Below are positions 1-15,844 of a stretch of 64,000 nt of DNA, in pieces. A program made the translations under genes and the position numbers. How positions within the stretch are numbered: the first letter of the stretch is position 1; each line of letters starts with the position of its first letter. This DNA is from Desulfomicrobium sp. (lineage in GTDB: Bacteria > Desulfobacterota > Desulfovibrionia > Desulfovibrionales > Desulfomicrobiaceae). The DNA lies in assembly GCA_040768745.1 (NCBI GenBank), contig JAXGMI010000002.1, positions 1 through 64,000 on the forward strand, written 5' to 3'. Below the pieces are notes generated by a model. That model saw nothing but the letters and a program-made list of their open reading frames with translations. It searched no databases and was not told where the DNA came from.

Positions 1-804
1 GTCAGGACCGGGATAACGGAAGTGCGTAGTGCGAGGTGCGTAGTGCGTTTCAGGCTCTCGAACTTCGGTTCTCGCACTTCGCACTCCGCACTTCGCACTC
101 AAAAACACCGGCCAGCGTTCCTGTAAAAAGGCGAAGAATGCCTCATCGTCCGGAACGATTTCGGAGAGCGGCCAGGCTTTGAACCCATCATGGCCTTTCA
201 GAGCCTGGATGAGCCGCTCGGCCAACATCAGCGGAATTGGGAGCTTGCTGTAGTGCAAGCGGAGCAAGGCGCGAAGCAGCTCCACCTCGTTGGCGATCAG
301 CTCAGCGGCGATGCCGAACACATGACGGAGAATGAAATCCTTGGTGGCGTTGTCGCCCATGCGATCCGGCGGCGACTTGCGCTGGGCCTCAAAAAGCGAA
401 TCCAGCAAGCTCCGGTCGAGCTTCTCGATGACCGGGTAGCTCAGATTGGGAAAGAGATCCCCCAAGTTGAACGACAGTTTGCGGCCCGCCTGGAGCAAGT
501 CGTAAGGCAACGATTCCAGCTCCGCATCCTGCAAGCGGAGGACCACCACCAGGTCTGTGTGCTCACCCCGGTCCCAGATCGAACGGTACTTGGACTCATA
601 GGCGTATCTGAATTCGACCGGGTCACTGAACTCGATCAGGTCGAAGCCGCGCCCGCGAAGCTCCAAGGCCAGCTTCTCCTCGGTCAGCAGACAATCCGGG
701 TCCGCGACCAAGGTCAGCTTGCTGACGTTGGGCACAAAGTCGTTCAGGATGGCGTCTCGCCAGGAGGGAGAGTGCGAAGTGCGTTGTGCGGAGTGCGATG
801 TCAT
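1..804 (-). CDS. pglZ: BREX-3 PglZ-family phosphatase, N-terminal part (runs off left edge)
   Basis: Manual translation from ATG 804: MTSHSAQRTSHSPSWRDAILNDFVPNVSKLTLVADPD...EFRYAYESKYR...ERWPVF...YPGPD, open to base 1. It follows the helicase in BREX-3 order and is absent from the ORF track because it is truncated. Confidence 0.8.
   Translation of the reverse strand, partial: MTSHSAQRTSHSPSWRDAILNDFVPNVSKLTLVADPDCLLTEEKLALELRGRGFDLIEFSDPVEFRYAYESKYRSIWDRGEHTDLVVVLRLQDAELESLPYDLLQAGRKLSFNLGDLFPNLSYPVIEKLDRSLLDSLFEAQRKSPPDRMGDNATKDFILRHVFGIAAELIANEVELLRALLRLHYSKLPIPLMLAERLIQALKGHDGFKAWPLSEIVPDDEAFFAFLQERWPVFLSAKCGVRSARTEVREPETHYAPRTTHFRYPGPD
21..100. repeat. Inverted pair of heptamer tandem arrays (family A, RAGTGCG/CGCACTY) inside pglZ
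   Basis: agtgcgt-agtgcga-ggtgcgt-agtgcg (21-47) and ctcgcac-ttcgcac-tccgcac-ttcgcac (71-98). The pglZ frame reads through both. Confidence 0.9.
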
Positions 805-1175
805 TCTCTTGTACTCCGATCCAGTGATGTACGAAGTCCGCCTATTGCCCGACTCAGGGTGATGCATTTTTCGCAGATATTGGAGCAATCGGATTCAGAA
901 ACATATCCCAGCGATTTTGCGAGCTGAATCTGGCTTCTTACTTCTGCGCATGATCCTCGGGCAATGGACAAAAACTGTTTAAACTCTTGTCTGCTGTATC
1001 GTTCGAAGCCCTCGGCGATGTTAGACATCACTGAAACGGATGCACGCTGAATCTGATCCCGAAGCCCCCAATCTTTGGAAAACTCGCCATCCCTCGTTAG
1101 ACCGTAAATTGTCACGGACAGGTCATGGGCCATCTGCCAGATTTGCAAGTCCTCGAATCGTTCGACTTTGCTCAT
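801..1175 (-). CDS. Four-helix-bundle protein #1 (23S rRNA IVP / bAvd-like family)
   Basis: MSKVERFEDLQIWQMA...[23 protein letters not shown]...[17 protein letters not shown] signature. ATGA overlaps at both ends. Flanked by family A arrays at 771-797 and 1178-1210. Confidence 0.92.
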   Translation of the reverse strand: MSKVERFEDLQIWQMAHDLSVTIYGLTRDGEFSKDWGLRDQIQRASVSVMSNIAEGFERYSRQEFKQFLSIARGSCAEVRSQIQLAKSLGYVSESDCSNICEKCITLSRAIGGLRTSLDRSTRE

Positions 1176-4144
1176 GACCGCACCTCGCACTCTGCACTTC
1201 GCACTCGCAACGCGAGCAGCGGTCGGATTTCCGGTACGATCTGCCGCGCTGATTGCAGTTCATGCCGCCACTCGGATTCGTCCGCATCGCAACGGGACAA
1301 CCTGAATTGCCGTACCTCCGGCAATCCAACCCGTTCGATGGCCTTGCGGCGCGAGGCAAAGGAGACGATGCCGCGTTCCTCCTCGCGAGCCACAGAGGCG
1401 AGGTGTGCCTGCTGCAGGGCGTCGAACAGCTCCTGTCCGGCTTGCTCGGCCGCTTCCTGCAACCGCTCATGGGCGATGATGGATTCGTCCTGGCCGAGGG
1501 TGGCCTGCACCTGGGCTTCCGCTGTCTGCAGCGCATCCCAGATATGCCGGGCCGTGGGCAGAAACAGTTTGCCTTCCTCGCTCAGGAACACACTGACATA
1601 TCCCCGCCGCACCATGGGAATGCGCAGGAGTTGTGTCTTCTGGTGCATCCCGGCCTGAAGGCGGATCTCAAAGAGTCCCCAGAGTCCGGAGATGCTGGCT
1701 GGCAACCCGCTCACGCTTACGCACGGCAATGGCTGACCTGCAGCGACCTGGGGCAGGTTCAGGGCAAGACCACGGACACGGCTGTTCGATAAATCGAAGT
1801 GCGAGGTGCGAAGTCCGGAGTGCGTAAAAGAACCTTTTTCAACGGTTCCATCTGACCAACTCAGTTCCCAGACATTTCCACCTCGCTCCTTGCGCAGTAA
1901 TTTGGCTCCCGCCCTGCGCACTCCGCACCCCGCACTCGCATGACTGTTGAGGAACGAAACTGTCATGCGCTCCACCCAATGGGGCAGAGGATGGGAGCGC
2001 AGACGCTCAGCCGCCTGCACATCCGGCTCTTCGGAGATGCCATAGATGGCGGAGGCCTCGCGCACCTGCTGAATTTCATCGCGAAGCCGGGCCACCGTGT
2101 GATCGACGGAGCTTTCGATTCCGTCAGGATTGAGGATGGCAGAGGCGAACACATCCTCGAACAACTCACCGGCCTGGGCGGAGTCGAGCACGTCGCCGGT
2201 CTTGTCGATGCCGAACTCGTCGAAGATTACCGAGAGCTTCTGCTCCAGCACCTCGCGGACGCGGAACTCGACCGAGTCCTCAAACACGAAGTTGATTGCC
2301 CGCACCTTCTTGGGCTGGCCGATGCGGTCCACACGGCCGATCCGCTGTTCCAGCCGCATCGGGTTCCAGGGGATGTCGTAGTTAATGATGACATGGGCGA
2401 ACTGCAGGTTCAGGCCCTCACCACCCGCATCGGTGGAAACCAGTACTCGGTGCGATTTGCGGAAGGCGTCCTGGGACTGCTTGCGTTCCTCCATATCCAT
2501 GGAGCCGTTCAGGGTGACGACCGAGATGCCCCGGGCTTCCAGAAACTCCTTCAGCATCTGCTGAGTCGGTACGAACTCGGTGAAGATCAGCACCTTCAGA
2601 TCCGGTTCGTTTTCCTCGGCTTGCAGCTTGTAGATCCACTCGATCAGAGCCTCGGCCTTGGCATCCGGACCCGCCTGCTCACAACGGACCGCCGCTTCGA
2701 GCAGGGTCTCTACATGGCTTCCTTCGCTCTGCAGAGCCGACACGTGGGATTTCAGCAGCTCATCGAGCAGCTCCTGGCCGTCCATGTCATATAGCTCGGC
2801 TATTTCATCGTCTGGGCTTTCCGATCCCTCCGCGCCGTTTTCCAGTTCCGCCAGGCGCAGGCTGGCTTGTTGCTCACCATCCTTGAGTGCCGCAAGCCGA
2901 CGCTCCAGCGTGGTGCGGATCGCCCGGGTGCTGGAAACCACCAGGCGCTGCATCAGGATCATCAGAAAGCCGATGTGGCGCTTCTTCTCGCGCAGGGCCT
3001 GGTTGTAGCCCTCGCGCACATAGTCGGTCACCGCCTCGTAGAGAAGCTGCTGCAGTTGGTGACGGCTCTCCCAGGCCACCGGGGCCATCTGCGTCCGCCG
3101 GGGTTTGAAGAGCGGCTTGCCGTCGGCATCGATGGCCTTGCGCTTCTCGGTACGGATGACATACGGAGCCACCCGGTCGCGGGAGACGCTGTCCATATCC
3201 GGAAAGGCATCGTCATCCAGCAGGTTCATCAGCCGATGGAAGGCATCGGTCTTCCCCTGGTGGGGTGTAGCCGAAAGGAGCAGCACATAGGGCGCGGCTT
3301 CCGCCAGCCCCTTGCCGAGCTTGTAGCGGGCGACCTGGTCGGTACTGCCGCCCAGCCGATGCGCTTCGTCCACGATCACCAGATCCCAACCGGCGGTAAT
3401 CAGATCCTCGAACCGGCTGTGGTTGTATTCGGCGACGCGCTCGGCGGTCCAGCCGCGCCGCTTGTCCATGGGTTTGACCGAATCCAGGGAGACGATGACC
3501 TGATCAAACATCGACCAGGCTGAGCTCCGGTGATCCGCCCCTGGAGCCAGGCGTTGCAGTGTGCTGATGTCGTCACCCAGCACGAGTTGGAACTGCTCGT
3601 TGAAGTGGGTCTGCATTTCCGCCACCCACTGGGTAGCGATGCCTTTGGGAGAGACGACCAGAATTCGCCGAACCAGTCCGCGCAGCTTGAGCTCGCGCAT
3701 GACCAGACCAGCCTCGATGGTCTTGCCGAGACCCACCTCGTCGGCCAGCAGGTAGCGCACGCGGCCTGCCTGTCCGTTGGACGCAGACAGGTCACCGGAG
3801 ATGGCCCGAGACAAGGCGTGGATCTGGTGCGGCAGCGGAATGACGTTGGACTCCATAGGAGCCAGCAGCACATGGCCCTCGGTGGCGCTGGTGGAGCCTT
3901 CGAGCACCTCGGCTACCTTGGCTGCGGCGGCCACATAGGCGATATGCTCAGTGCTGAGTGCTGAGGACTGAGGACTGAGTGAAGACAAATCGGAAGCAGG
4001 GACGCGAACGACAGCATCAGAGTTGGGAAGCCAAATACGTGCGTATTCATTCCCCCATAGTCTCCCAGAATCGATCACCTTCGCGACCGATAGAAAATTT
4101 TTGGAGTAGTAAAACCCGCCTGTCTTTATCTCAGTCCTCAGCAC
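1172..4144 (-). CDS. brxHII: BREX-3 SNF2-family helicase (BrxHII-like)
   Basis: 990 aa. Motifs LLADEVGLGKT, IVDEAH, LLLSATP, STDAGGEGLNLQ, WNPMRLEQRIGRVDRIGQ. Located between the methylase and pglZ. Confidence 0.85.
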   Translation of the reverse strand: MLRTEIKTGGFYYSKNFLSVAKVIDSGRLWGNEYARIWLPNSDAVVRVPASDLSSLSPQSSALSTEHIAYVAAAAKVAEVLEGSTSATEGHVLLAPMESNVIPLPHQIHALSRAISGDLSASNGQAGRVRYLLADEVGLGKTIEAGLVMRELKLRGLVRRILVVSPKGIATQWVAEMQTHFNEQFQLVLGDDISTLQRLAPGADHRSSAWSMFDQVIVSLDSVKPMDKRRGWTAERVAEYNHSRFEDLITAGWDLVIVDEAHRLGGSTDQVARYKLGKGLAEAAPYVLLLSATPHQGKTDAFHRLMNLLDDDAFPDMDSVSRDRVAPYVIRTEKRKAIDADGKPLFKPRRTQMAPVAWESRHQLQQLLYEAVTDYVREGYNQALREKKRHIGFLMILMQRLVVSSTRAIRTTLERRLAALKDGEQQASLRLAELENGAEGSESPDDEIAELYDMDGQELLDELLKSHVSALQSEGSHVETLLEAAVRCEQAGPDAKAEALIEWIYKLQAEENEPDLKVLIFTEFVPTQQMLKEFLEARGISVVTLNGSMDMEERKQSQDAFRKSHRVLVSTDAGGEGLNLQFAHVIINYDIPWNPMRLEQRIGRVDRIGQPKKVRAINFVFEDSVEFRVREVLEQKLSVIFDEFGIDKTGDVLDSAQAGELFEDVFASAILNPDGIESSVDHTVARLRDEIQQVREASAIYGISEEPDVQAAERLRSHPLPHWVERMTVSFLNSHASAGCGVRRAGAKLLRKERGGNVWELSWSDGTVEKGSFTHSGLRTSHFDLSNSRVRGLALNLPQVAAGQPLPCVSVSGLPASISGLWGLFEIRLQAGMHQKTQLLRIPMVRRGYVSVFLSEEGKLFLPTARHIWDALQTAEAQVQATLGQDESIIAHERLQEAAEQAGQELFDALQQAHLASVAREEERGIVSFASRRKAIERVGLPEVRQFRLSRCDADESEWRHELQSARQIVPEIRPLLALRVRSAECEVRS
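1795..1940. repeat. Inverted pair of family A heptamer arrays inside the helicase gene
   Basis: cgaagtgcgaggtgcgaagtccggagtgcg (1795-1824) and cgccctgcgcactccgcaccccgcactcgca (1910-1940). ORF stays open. Confidence 0.85.
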
Positions 4145-4618
4145 TTTTGCCTCAGTCCTTTCGTTGACCTCATCGCTCAGTCCTCAGACCTTTTTCTAGG
4201 TCTCGTTGCTTTTGAACTGAAGCGCGTAGACCACCGAGAATTTTGGCGACTTCCTCAGCGAGCGACTGAAGTTGATCAAATCCGGATTGGGCAATATATC
4301 CGACATCCAACGCAACATAGAGCTGAGATCGAACCTCCGCGCACGAGGCTTTAGCCGTAGAAAGAAATTGATGAAACTCGGCACGTCCTCCACGCTCGAA
4401 TCCCTCAGCGATGTTGGACATCATGGACACGGCTGCTCTCTGGATCTGATCCTTGAGACCAAAATCTTTGGCAAAGTCGCCCTGCCGGGTGACCTCATAA
4501 ATCCGCTTCGTCAGCTCCCGTGCCTTCTGCCAGGCGATTAAATCCTCGAATTTGTCTACTTTGCTCATACGCTCTTCCCTGTCTTTTTCTCAGTCCTCAT
4601 CGCTCAGTCCTCAGTCCT
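3950..4618. repeat. Heptamer family B (GAGKRCT/AGYMCTC) arrays: 3950-3981, 4130-4187, 4588-4618
   Basis: gtgctgagtgctgaggactgaggactgagt opposed to ctcagtcctcagcac and ctcagtcctcatcgctcagtcctcagtcct. Includes a perfect 20-bp direct repeat at 4168-4187 and 4595-4614. Confidence 0.88.
4170..4568 (-). CDS. Four-helix-bundle protein #2
   Basis: [16 protein letters not shown]...[24 protein letters not shown]...[22 protein letters not shown]. Confidence 0.92.
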   Translation of the reverse strand: MSKVDKFEDLIAWQKARELTKRIYEVTRQGDFAKDFGLKDQIQRAAVSMMSNIAEGFERGGRAEFHQFLSTAKASCAEVRSQLYVALDVGYIAQSGFDQLQSLAEEVAKILGGLRASVQKQRDLEKGLRTER

Positions 4619-4736
4619 GTTTTTTCGTCCTGGTTCGGCAACCAGACACGGCACACCGTCTGCCCCCACAAGGTCTGTTCTTCGATGACCTTGCAGCGCT
4701 GTTGCGAACGTTGCTGTATTGCCAAACACTATTCAT
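4597..4736 (-). pseudogene. Orphaned original 5' end of the helicase gene
   Basis: MNSVWQYSNVRNS/(1-nt shift)CKVIEEQTLWGQTVCRVWLPNQDEKTGLRTER* aligns with the helicase N-terminus (AKVIDSGRLWGNEYARIWLPNSD). Confidence 0.7.
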
Positions 4737-5580
4737 ACCAGTCCATATTTCCTCTTCCATCGCTTTGATGGCTTGGCCTGAATAGCGTTGAGATAATTAT
4801 TAAGGTGCTCCATGTTGCGACCATTTCTGGTGACCAGAGTCTTTTTCGAAATCCGATTATCAATGATCTCAAAGCACTCAGCAAAGAAGCGTTTGGCTTC
4901 AGCCGGATAGCTATTCCTGTATCCTGCTTCAATTTCAAAAAACTTTTTCGAGCAAAATACGACGAGGTCTGAGAGTTGAACCATTGGATTCTTTTTGGAA
5001 TCCACTGGCAACTGAATCTAACTATCCACTTGATTCGATGTGCAGCAGTGTCCTCAAGCGCCTAAATCTTGTGATTGCTTCTATATCGGGATGAAATTGT
5101 TCTTTCGCGTCGATTATCAACATGCCTCTTGCAGAACGACCAAGCCTTTCCTTTACGAACCAGTTGATGTGGGTAAGAAGGTAATCGTAGCGACCAGATA
5201 CGGCACCTTGAGGTTGTAGGTCATCTCGGTCGCGCATACTTCGGACGCGAGTCTTTGCTTATCGATGGCGAAAACATGCACGTCGTGGCTTCTGATATTC
5301 AGTAAGGACAGCACCGTCTTAGCTAGCTGGTTTCGCCGCTCTCGGTCATGATTCTGAAATGGGCCAGCACCATTGGGTGAAAGTAATTGCTCGGCATGAA
5401 GTTCAAAGTTGTCTGGATGTTACCGCTAAAATAACGGGAGAGAATTGTAGCGAAGTCTTCCTGGGTTCTATTCCAGCCCTCGTCACGTACACTTACACCA
5501 CCCAATACAAAAACTGGTTGTTGGTTGTTGTTAAGGTATTCGCCAGTACAGCCAGCTTCATCAAGGTAATAGAAGTGCAT
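4733..5580 (-). CDS. DUF3800-like protein (frameshifted in this sequence), low GC
   Basis: Starts MHFYYLDEAGCTG...PVFVLGG, has a central LIID motif and C-terminal VDSKKNPMVQLSDLV. Split over 3 ORFs. Confidence 0.65.
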
Positions 5581-8113
5581 TTCTATTCTCCATTCTTGTT
5601 ACTGCCTGGTCGTACCACATGAGCAGCTTGGGATCTTCTTCCAGGACGTTGTTGGGGATCTTGTCGGCCACGGCGACGATGACGGCGTAGTCACGCTCCT
5701 GCCAGGCTTCTTGAACCCGGCGCGGACAGCCTCAATTCGGAATCTATCGTTGTTTTTGAACTTCTTTGTTCTTTCCTTATAGAGTTCAAACTCTCTGAGC
5801 AAATCTTTCTCGCGCATTTTTTCAACTTGCTCAGCTTTGTTGGGATCGGGCACGTACCAGCGGTCGCGAGCCTTGGCGACCAGGGTCGGATCATCCTTGG
5901 GCAGGTTATGCAGCTCTTTTCCAGTTGGTGGAGAGGTAGGCGTGGATCTGCTCGGGCACCGGGCCTTTGCCGTCGTAGCAGAGGAAGTTCTGGTTTAGCA
6001 GTTCGCGCAGGTCGAGCTGGGCCTCGTTCTTGCTCCAGCCGCCAAGCTGCTGCATGAACTGCGGGTTGATGTCGGAGAAGGTTTGCGGCTTTTCCTTGAT
6101 GAGCTGACGGAGCCATTGGATGGCGGATGCCTCGTCGGAGACGAACATGGTCATCTGCTTGAGTTCACCCGAGGTCATCTTTTTGCGATCGTATTCGGCC
6201 ACCTGATCCGGCAGAAAAACATGCCGTCACGCTCGATGAAACGCTGCGAAAGCCCGATCTGGAACTCCTGGCTTGAAATCGGCACGGGGTAACCCTTGCG
6301 GACGTAGTAGGCCACCATCTGGTCGAACAGGATACGCGGATCGCGTTCCGGGACGAACTGCAGCAAGGCTCCTTGTTGTTTCGTGACCGGCAGATACTTC
6401 AAATGGGTGCGGACAAAATCCCAAACGCCTTCTTCGGTTTCTGCGCCTCTTTCTGGAAGCGTTCTTCAAAACCGCCATTGGGTTTGTAGGCTGAGATGAC
6501 GAGGTCTTGTTTGACGGAAGTCGTGTTGGTGACAGCGTTGAAGCTCCCTGTTGTTTGTCCAGAGCAGATACATTGGCAATAATAAAGCCTGAATCTGCCA
6601 TCGCATTCTGAATACTATTCCAGATGCTTGCCTTAGTATTTGAAAACTCGACAGTCATCCACCGGCCGGGCTTCGGTATCCTAGAATTCTGACGAAGCAG
6701 GCTCGCATCAACTCTTGATAAACCCACAACTCCTTGTTTTGATGCTTACTGACAATAGCTTCTGCGGACATGTTTGTGAAAACTGGTGGAATGCCTCAAG
6801 AGACAAAATTGAGTTCTCCATAGGCAAGGTTGTCCCCAAACGGTGGGTCAACAAAAACGTAATCGAGAGAATCCGACTCGATTGTTAGATTTGACGCATC
6901 GCCAGTTCCAAGTGTGAAATCGTGGCCCGAGTATTTATGAGAAAATACTTTAGCGAGACGTTTAATTTTTCCGTCTAGTATGTACCAAGGACTGCATTCA
7001 GAATGCTGTGATGCCACATAATAAACACCAGTCATGTATTGATTGACCTGAGAAAAGCCAGTTGGTCTGTATCTGTTCAATTGAGAAAGTGTGACAACTG
7101 CTTGCTCAAAGCAGAATTTGACAAAAGCTCGGGTTTGGCGGTCAGCTACTGATTCAATCTTCGACCAAATGATGGCAAGAGCTCGCTCAGCCCTTGGAAT
7201 GTACAGGTGATGAACATGACTGAAAGATGCTGTCCCGGCTCTCCACTTATCCCCCATGCGTCAACATCATCAGGGGCATGCATCATGCGATCAATCGGAA
7301 AAAAGCCCATTCGATCTTTCTTATCGATTTTCTCTAAAACATCCAAATCATATTGATCTGGAACCTTCTCGAATTGCTCTTTTCCCAAACGGTAAACTAT
7401 GAGCGATGGCTCTCTACGAGTTCGTTTCACCAGCTTGTTGATCGCTTTGTCAAACCTCGACTCCTCTCGCCGTTCTAAAAGTTTTTTATTGAGGACGGAT
7501 TGGCAATGTGGACAGGGAAAAGTGTCGCGAACCTGTTTTGATTCCAGATCCAAAGCTTCTTTCAAAACACAATTTCGCCTGCACACTCAGGACAGGCAAA
7601 AACCTCACTCCATACCGTGTAATCAATTCTCCCAACACGACCATCTGAGTGCTTGGTCTCATACATCCATCCGCATTCCTTCTCGACCTCCTTTAGAATG
7701 CGCTTGGACTCTTCTCGAACGCCGCCAAATCCACCGGTGTGTTGTAGTTGTACGAAATGAAGGTTGCCGCTGGAGACAGGTCATTCAGCACAGCCCTACG
7801 GGCACCCAGCTTTGAAAACGGTCGCCAAACCTTTTTCCCATTTTCATCCAACGCTTCCTGAAAAATGGTCCCGTCCGGCTTCACCTGGTAGCCGAGAGAC
7901 ATCACCACTTCTCGGTCGCCACACATCTGCGCGGCCACACCCGTCATGCCAGTTCCGCAGAAACCGTCGAACACGATGTCCCCCGGCTGCGTGTAGTGGA
8001 GGATGTAACGCATGATGGCCTTGTGCGGCACCTTCGTGTGGTAGGAGTGCGCGTTGTAGATGGGGTCGTTCTTACCCTCGCTCACATCGGCCGCAAATGG
8101 CTCACGGTGATAA

Positions 8114-13180
<5,067 letters not shown>

Positions 13181-13644
13181 ATATCAACAATCAGCGCATC
13201 GACCGAGTCATAGCTGCGGTACTCGGGATGGCCGGTTTCGGCATACCTCAGCCTCCCAGCGGTTATTGCCCCGTTCCAGGATGCCAACACTGTCCGATTC
13301 CTGGAAATGCCCTGCAACAAACGCAAGGGGTCCTGCTGGAGATCCTTGTCGAAGAGGATCTCCAGATTATCCAGCACCACCGGTGCTTGAGCCTGGTCCG
13401 CGATCTGATCGAGGATGCCCGGTAGCCGAAGCGACCGCTGTTTGGCTGTCAGCTCCAGCAGTTCGCCTGAAAGCGCCAGATTGACGTTGACGACAGATGA
13501 GCCAAACTCCTCGGCAATATCCCGAAGAACACCGGTCTTGCCGGAACCGGTCTCACCCACCAGCAACACCAGACGGTGATACAGCCCTTCGGCTGCCTGG
13601 ATGGATCGTTTTATCTTGTCGTGAATCGGCTCGGCCATGGTCGC

Positions 13645-13858
13645 TCCTTATTGCTCGGTGCCTGCCTGCCGCGCTGCGCTTGACGCAGGTTCGCACCGCC
13701 GGGCGGACCCATTCGTCCACTTCGTCTTGTTTGAACATCCAGCGACGGCCGACGCGATGACCGGGCATAGCCCGTTGTTCGATCCACTTGTAGACCGTCT
13801 CGTTGCTTACATTCAGGTATTTGCAAATGTCATCGACCGTCAGCCATCTCTCATCCAT
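13645..13858 (-). CDS. Excisionase-like HTH (HTH_17) DNA-binding protein leading the BREX operon
   Basis: MDERWLTVDDICKYLNVSNETVYKWIEQRAMPGHRVGRRWMFKQDEVDEWVR. 3' end uncertain because of a frameshift. Confidence 0.8.
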
Positions 13859-13955
13859 AGCCTTCGTCCTTCGTTCATCATGTTTTCGGTAAAAGCCCGA
13901 AGGTCTCCGGGAAACCCGAAATCCGGACACAGTGCCGCAAATTAACCTCCACAAA

Positions 13956-14533
13956 CTACATTGATGGATTGCCAAAATCAAGCGTTTTGTGCCGATTAGT
14001 GCCGACTTTTCCAAAAACGGCCTGATTGTCGTTGGTGATCCGTTCGCCGTTCTGAGGCGCATACATGGTGTAAGTCCATACAGCACAGGCGATTGAGCCC
14101 CTGGCTGCCGCCACCATCACCCGCTGGTACATGCTGTGCCCGCCGGGCCGGAATCCTTCCAGCCGGTCGATGGGCGGCAGGTCGCGTTGCGGGTCGGTGA
14201 AGGTCACCAGTTCCCCATGGATCAGATCCCAGTCGCCGGTCGGGCGGCCGAAGCGCGGTGTGCCGATCTCCTGCTGCCTGCGGGCGTCGGCCAGTGGATC
14301 GGCGGTGCCCCGGCCCAGGATCAGCCCTTCCGGCACTTCGAGGGCCGGGAACCCGGCGTTGAGATGGTAGAGCCTGCCCCAGACCACGGCCGGTTCGATG
14401 CTGCGGGCCTGGGCGCAGAAGCGTTGATGGTTCCAGTAGCCCCGTTTCAGTGTGCCGTAGACGAAGAGCCGGAGGATGGTCTCGGACTGTCTTCCGGGTT
14501 TGTGTTCAGCTTCGCGGTGTCTCCAATGTTCAT
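13956..14533 (-). CDS. Gamma-glutamylcyclotransferase (AIG2-like)
   Basis: LFVYGTLKRG motif, GFPAL, DRLEG...YQR. Start is frameshifted. Confidence 0.85.
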
Positions 14534-15327
14534 GCATTCACTCCTTCGGGCAGTGTCCCTTTGCGCTCCTGGGGTATGAAGCGGAATTCGCTGTTTTCGA
14601 TGGCCCGCACATCCTCGTGGCGGATGGTGAGCATGGTCATGGGCGGCACCTCCAGCTCGCGCCAGCCCTTCTCGTTGTCCACGGCAAAGTCGATGAAGGC
14701 GGCCTCCGAGGCGTAGAGCACCACCCGGTGCTGGCGGTGGATGCGCAGGCAGAGCGGCTTGTTGCCCTTGAGCACGGTGATGGTGCCGGGGTCGAGCCGC
14801 GAGGCCAGCACGGCGCTCATCTGGCCGCGACAGAGGGCGAGCGCCTTCTTCAGCCCCTCCTGGTCGATGGGGCCTTCGGGCGCGAAGCGGTCGGCCAGGC
14901 GGAAGATCAGCTCGCTGTCCACCTCGGCGTAGCGCGGCAGCCCGAGACGGCGGAACAGATAATCGGCGTTGTAGATGGTGCCGTTGTGGGTGCCGATGAC
15001 GATCCCGGCCCGGATGGGATGGTTGTTGCGGTTGTTGAACTCGTTGCCCCGGGTGCGCCAGCGGGTGTGGCCCATGAGGATGGTGGTCTCGTTGTCGACC
15101 TGCCCGAGCAGCTCCTGGAACGGCTTCTCGTAGACCAGCTCGTGCGCCCGCATCGGCCGCTTGAAGATGCGGTGGCTGCCGTCGGTCTTGAGCCAGGCCA
15201 GACCGGAGGCGTGCGGGCCGCGCTCCTCGCTGTGCAGCAGCATGCGGATGAAGAGCTCGCGCAGGTAATCCCGCTCGTCGGGCCGTCTGCGCTTGCGGCC
15301 GAAGATGATGCCTACTTGTCCGCACAT
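14530..15327 (-). CDS. Class II (Ntn) glutamine amidotransferase
   Basis: Starts MCGQVG (catalytic Cys2). Motifs RGPHASG, GHTRWRT, NNHP, HNGTIYN, VDSE. Confidence 0.88.
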   Translation of the reverse strand: MCGQVGIIFGRKRRRPDERDYLRELFIRMLLHSEERGPHASGLAWLKTDGSHRIFKRPMRAHELVYEKPFQELLGQVDNETTILMGHTRWRTRGNEFNNRNNHPIRAGIVIGTHNGTIYNADYLFRRLGLPRYAEVDSELIFRLADRFAPEGPIDQEGLKKALALCRGQMSAVLASRLDPGTITVLKGNKPLCLRIHRQHRVVLYASEAAFIDFAVDNEKGWRELEVPPMTMLTIRHEDVRAIENSEFRFIPQERKGTLPEGVNA

Positions 15328-15833
15328 GGAGCCGGGTCCTCCTTGCCGCCGAAGTTCTTGCCGAGCGGTCTCGTCCCTTCGAGGACGAAGGCCGCGTATT
15401 CGCGCCGGTGGTCCGCCAGCCACTCGGCCACCTCCGGGTAGCCCATCTCGGCGGTCAGCCGGGTCACCTCCGGGTGGTCGAGCATGTTGGTGCGCCCGGA
15501 GAGCCGCACCGTCTCCAGGGCTTCGAGGAAGCGTTCCGGCCAGGGATCGCTGGCCTTGTCGTCGGGCAGGAACTCGATCAGGCCGTGCCGCGCCAGACGG
15601 GTGAGAAACTCGGCGGCCGCAGCGGCTACTTCCTCCGGCAATGGCTGGGGCGGCCCGCCTTCGATGCCGGAAAGCACTTCGGTCATGTAGTCCCGGGGCG
15701 CTCGGCTGGCGGTAAACGGCGTCTGGCCGCGCATCAGCTCGACAACTCCGAGGCAGTCGGCGGCTTGCAGGGTTTCCCCGCTGCCTGGGGTCGGTTCGCC
15801 GTCCAGCGTGGTGGAGCGGATCAGAATCTTCAT
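15312..15833 (-). CDS. Hypothetical protein with DUF5049-like C-terminus
   Basis: LETVRLSGRTNMLD...MGYPEVAEWL...EYAAFVLEG. Confidence 0.55.
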   Translation of the reverse strand: MKILIRSTTLDGEPTPGSGETLQAADCLGVVELMRGQTPFTASRAPRDYMTEVLSGIEGGPPQPLPEEVAAAAAEFLTRLARHGLIEFLPDDKASDPWPERFLEALETVRLSGRTNMLDHPEVTRLTAEMGYPEVAEWLADHRREYAAFVLEGTRPLGKNFGGKEDPAPCADK

Positions 15834-15844
15834 GGGGCACCTCC

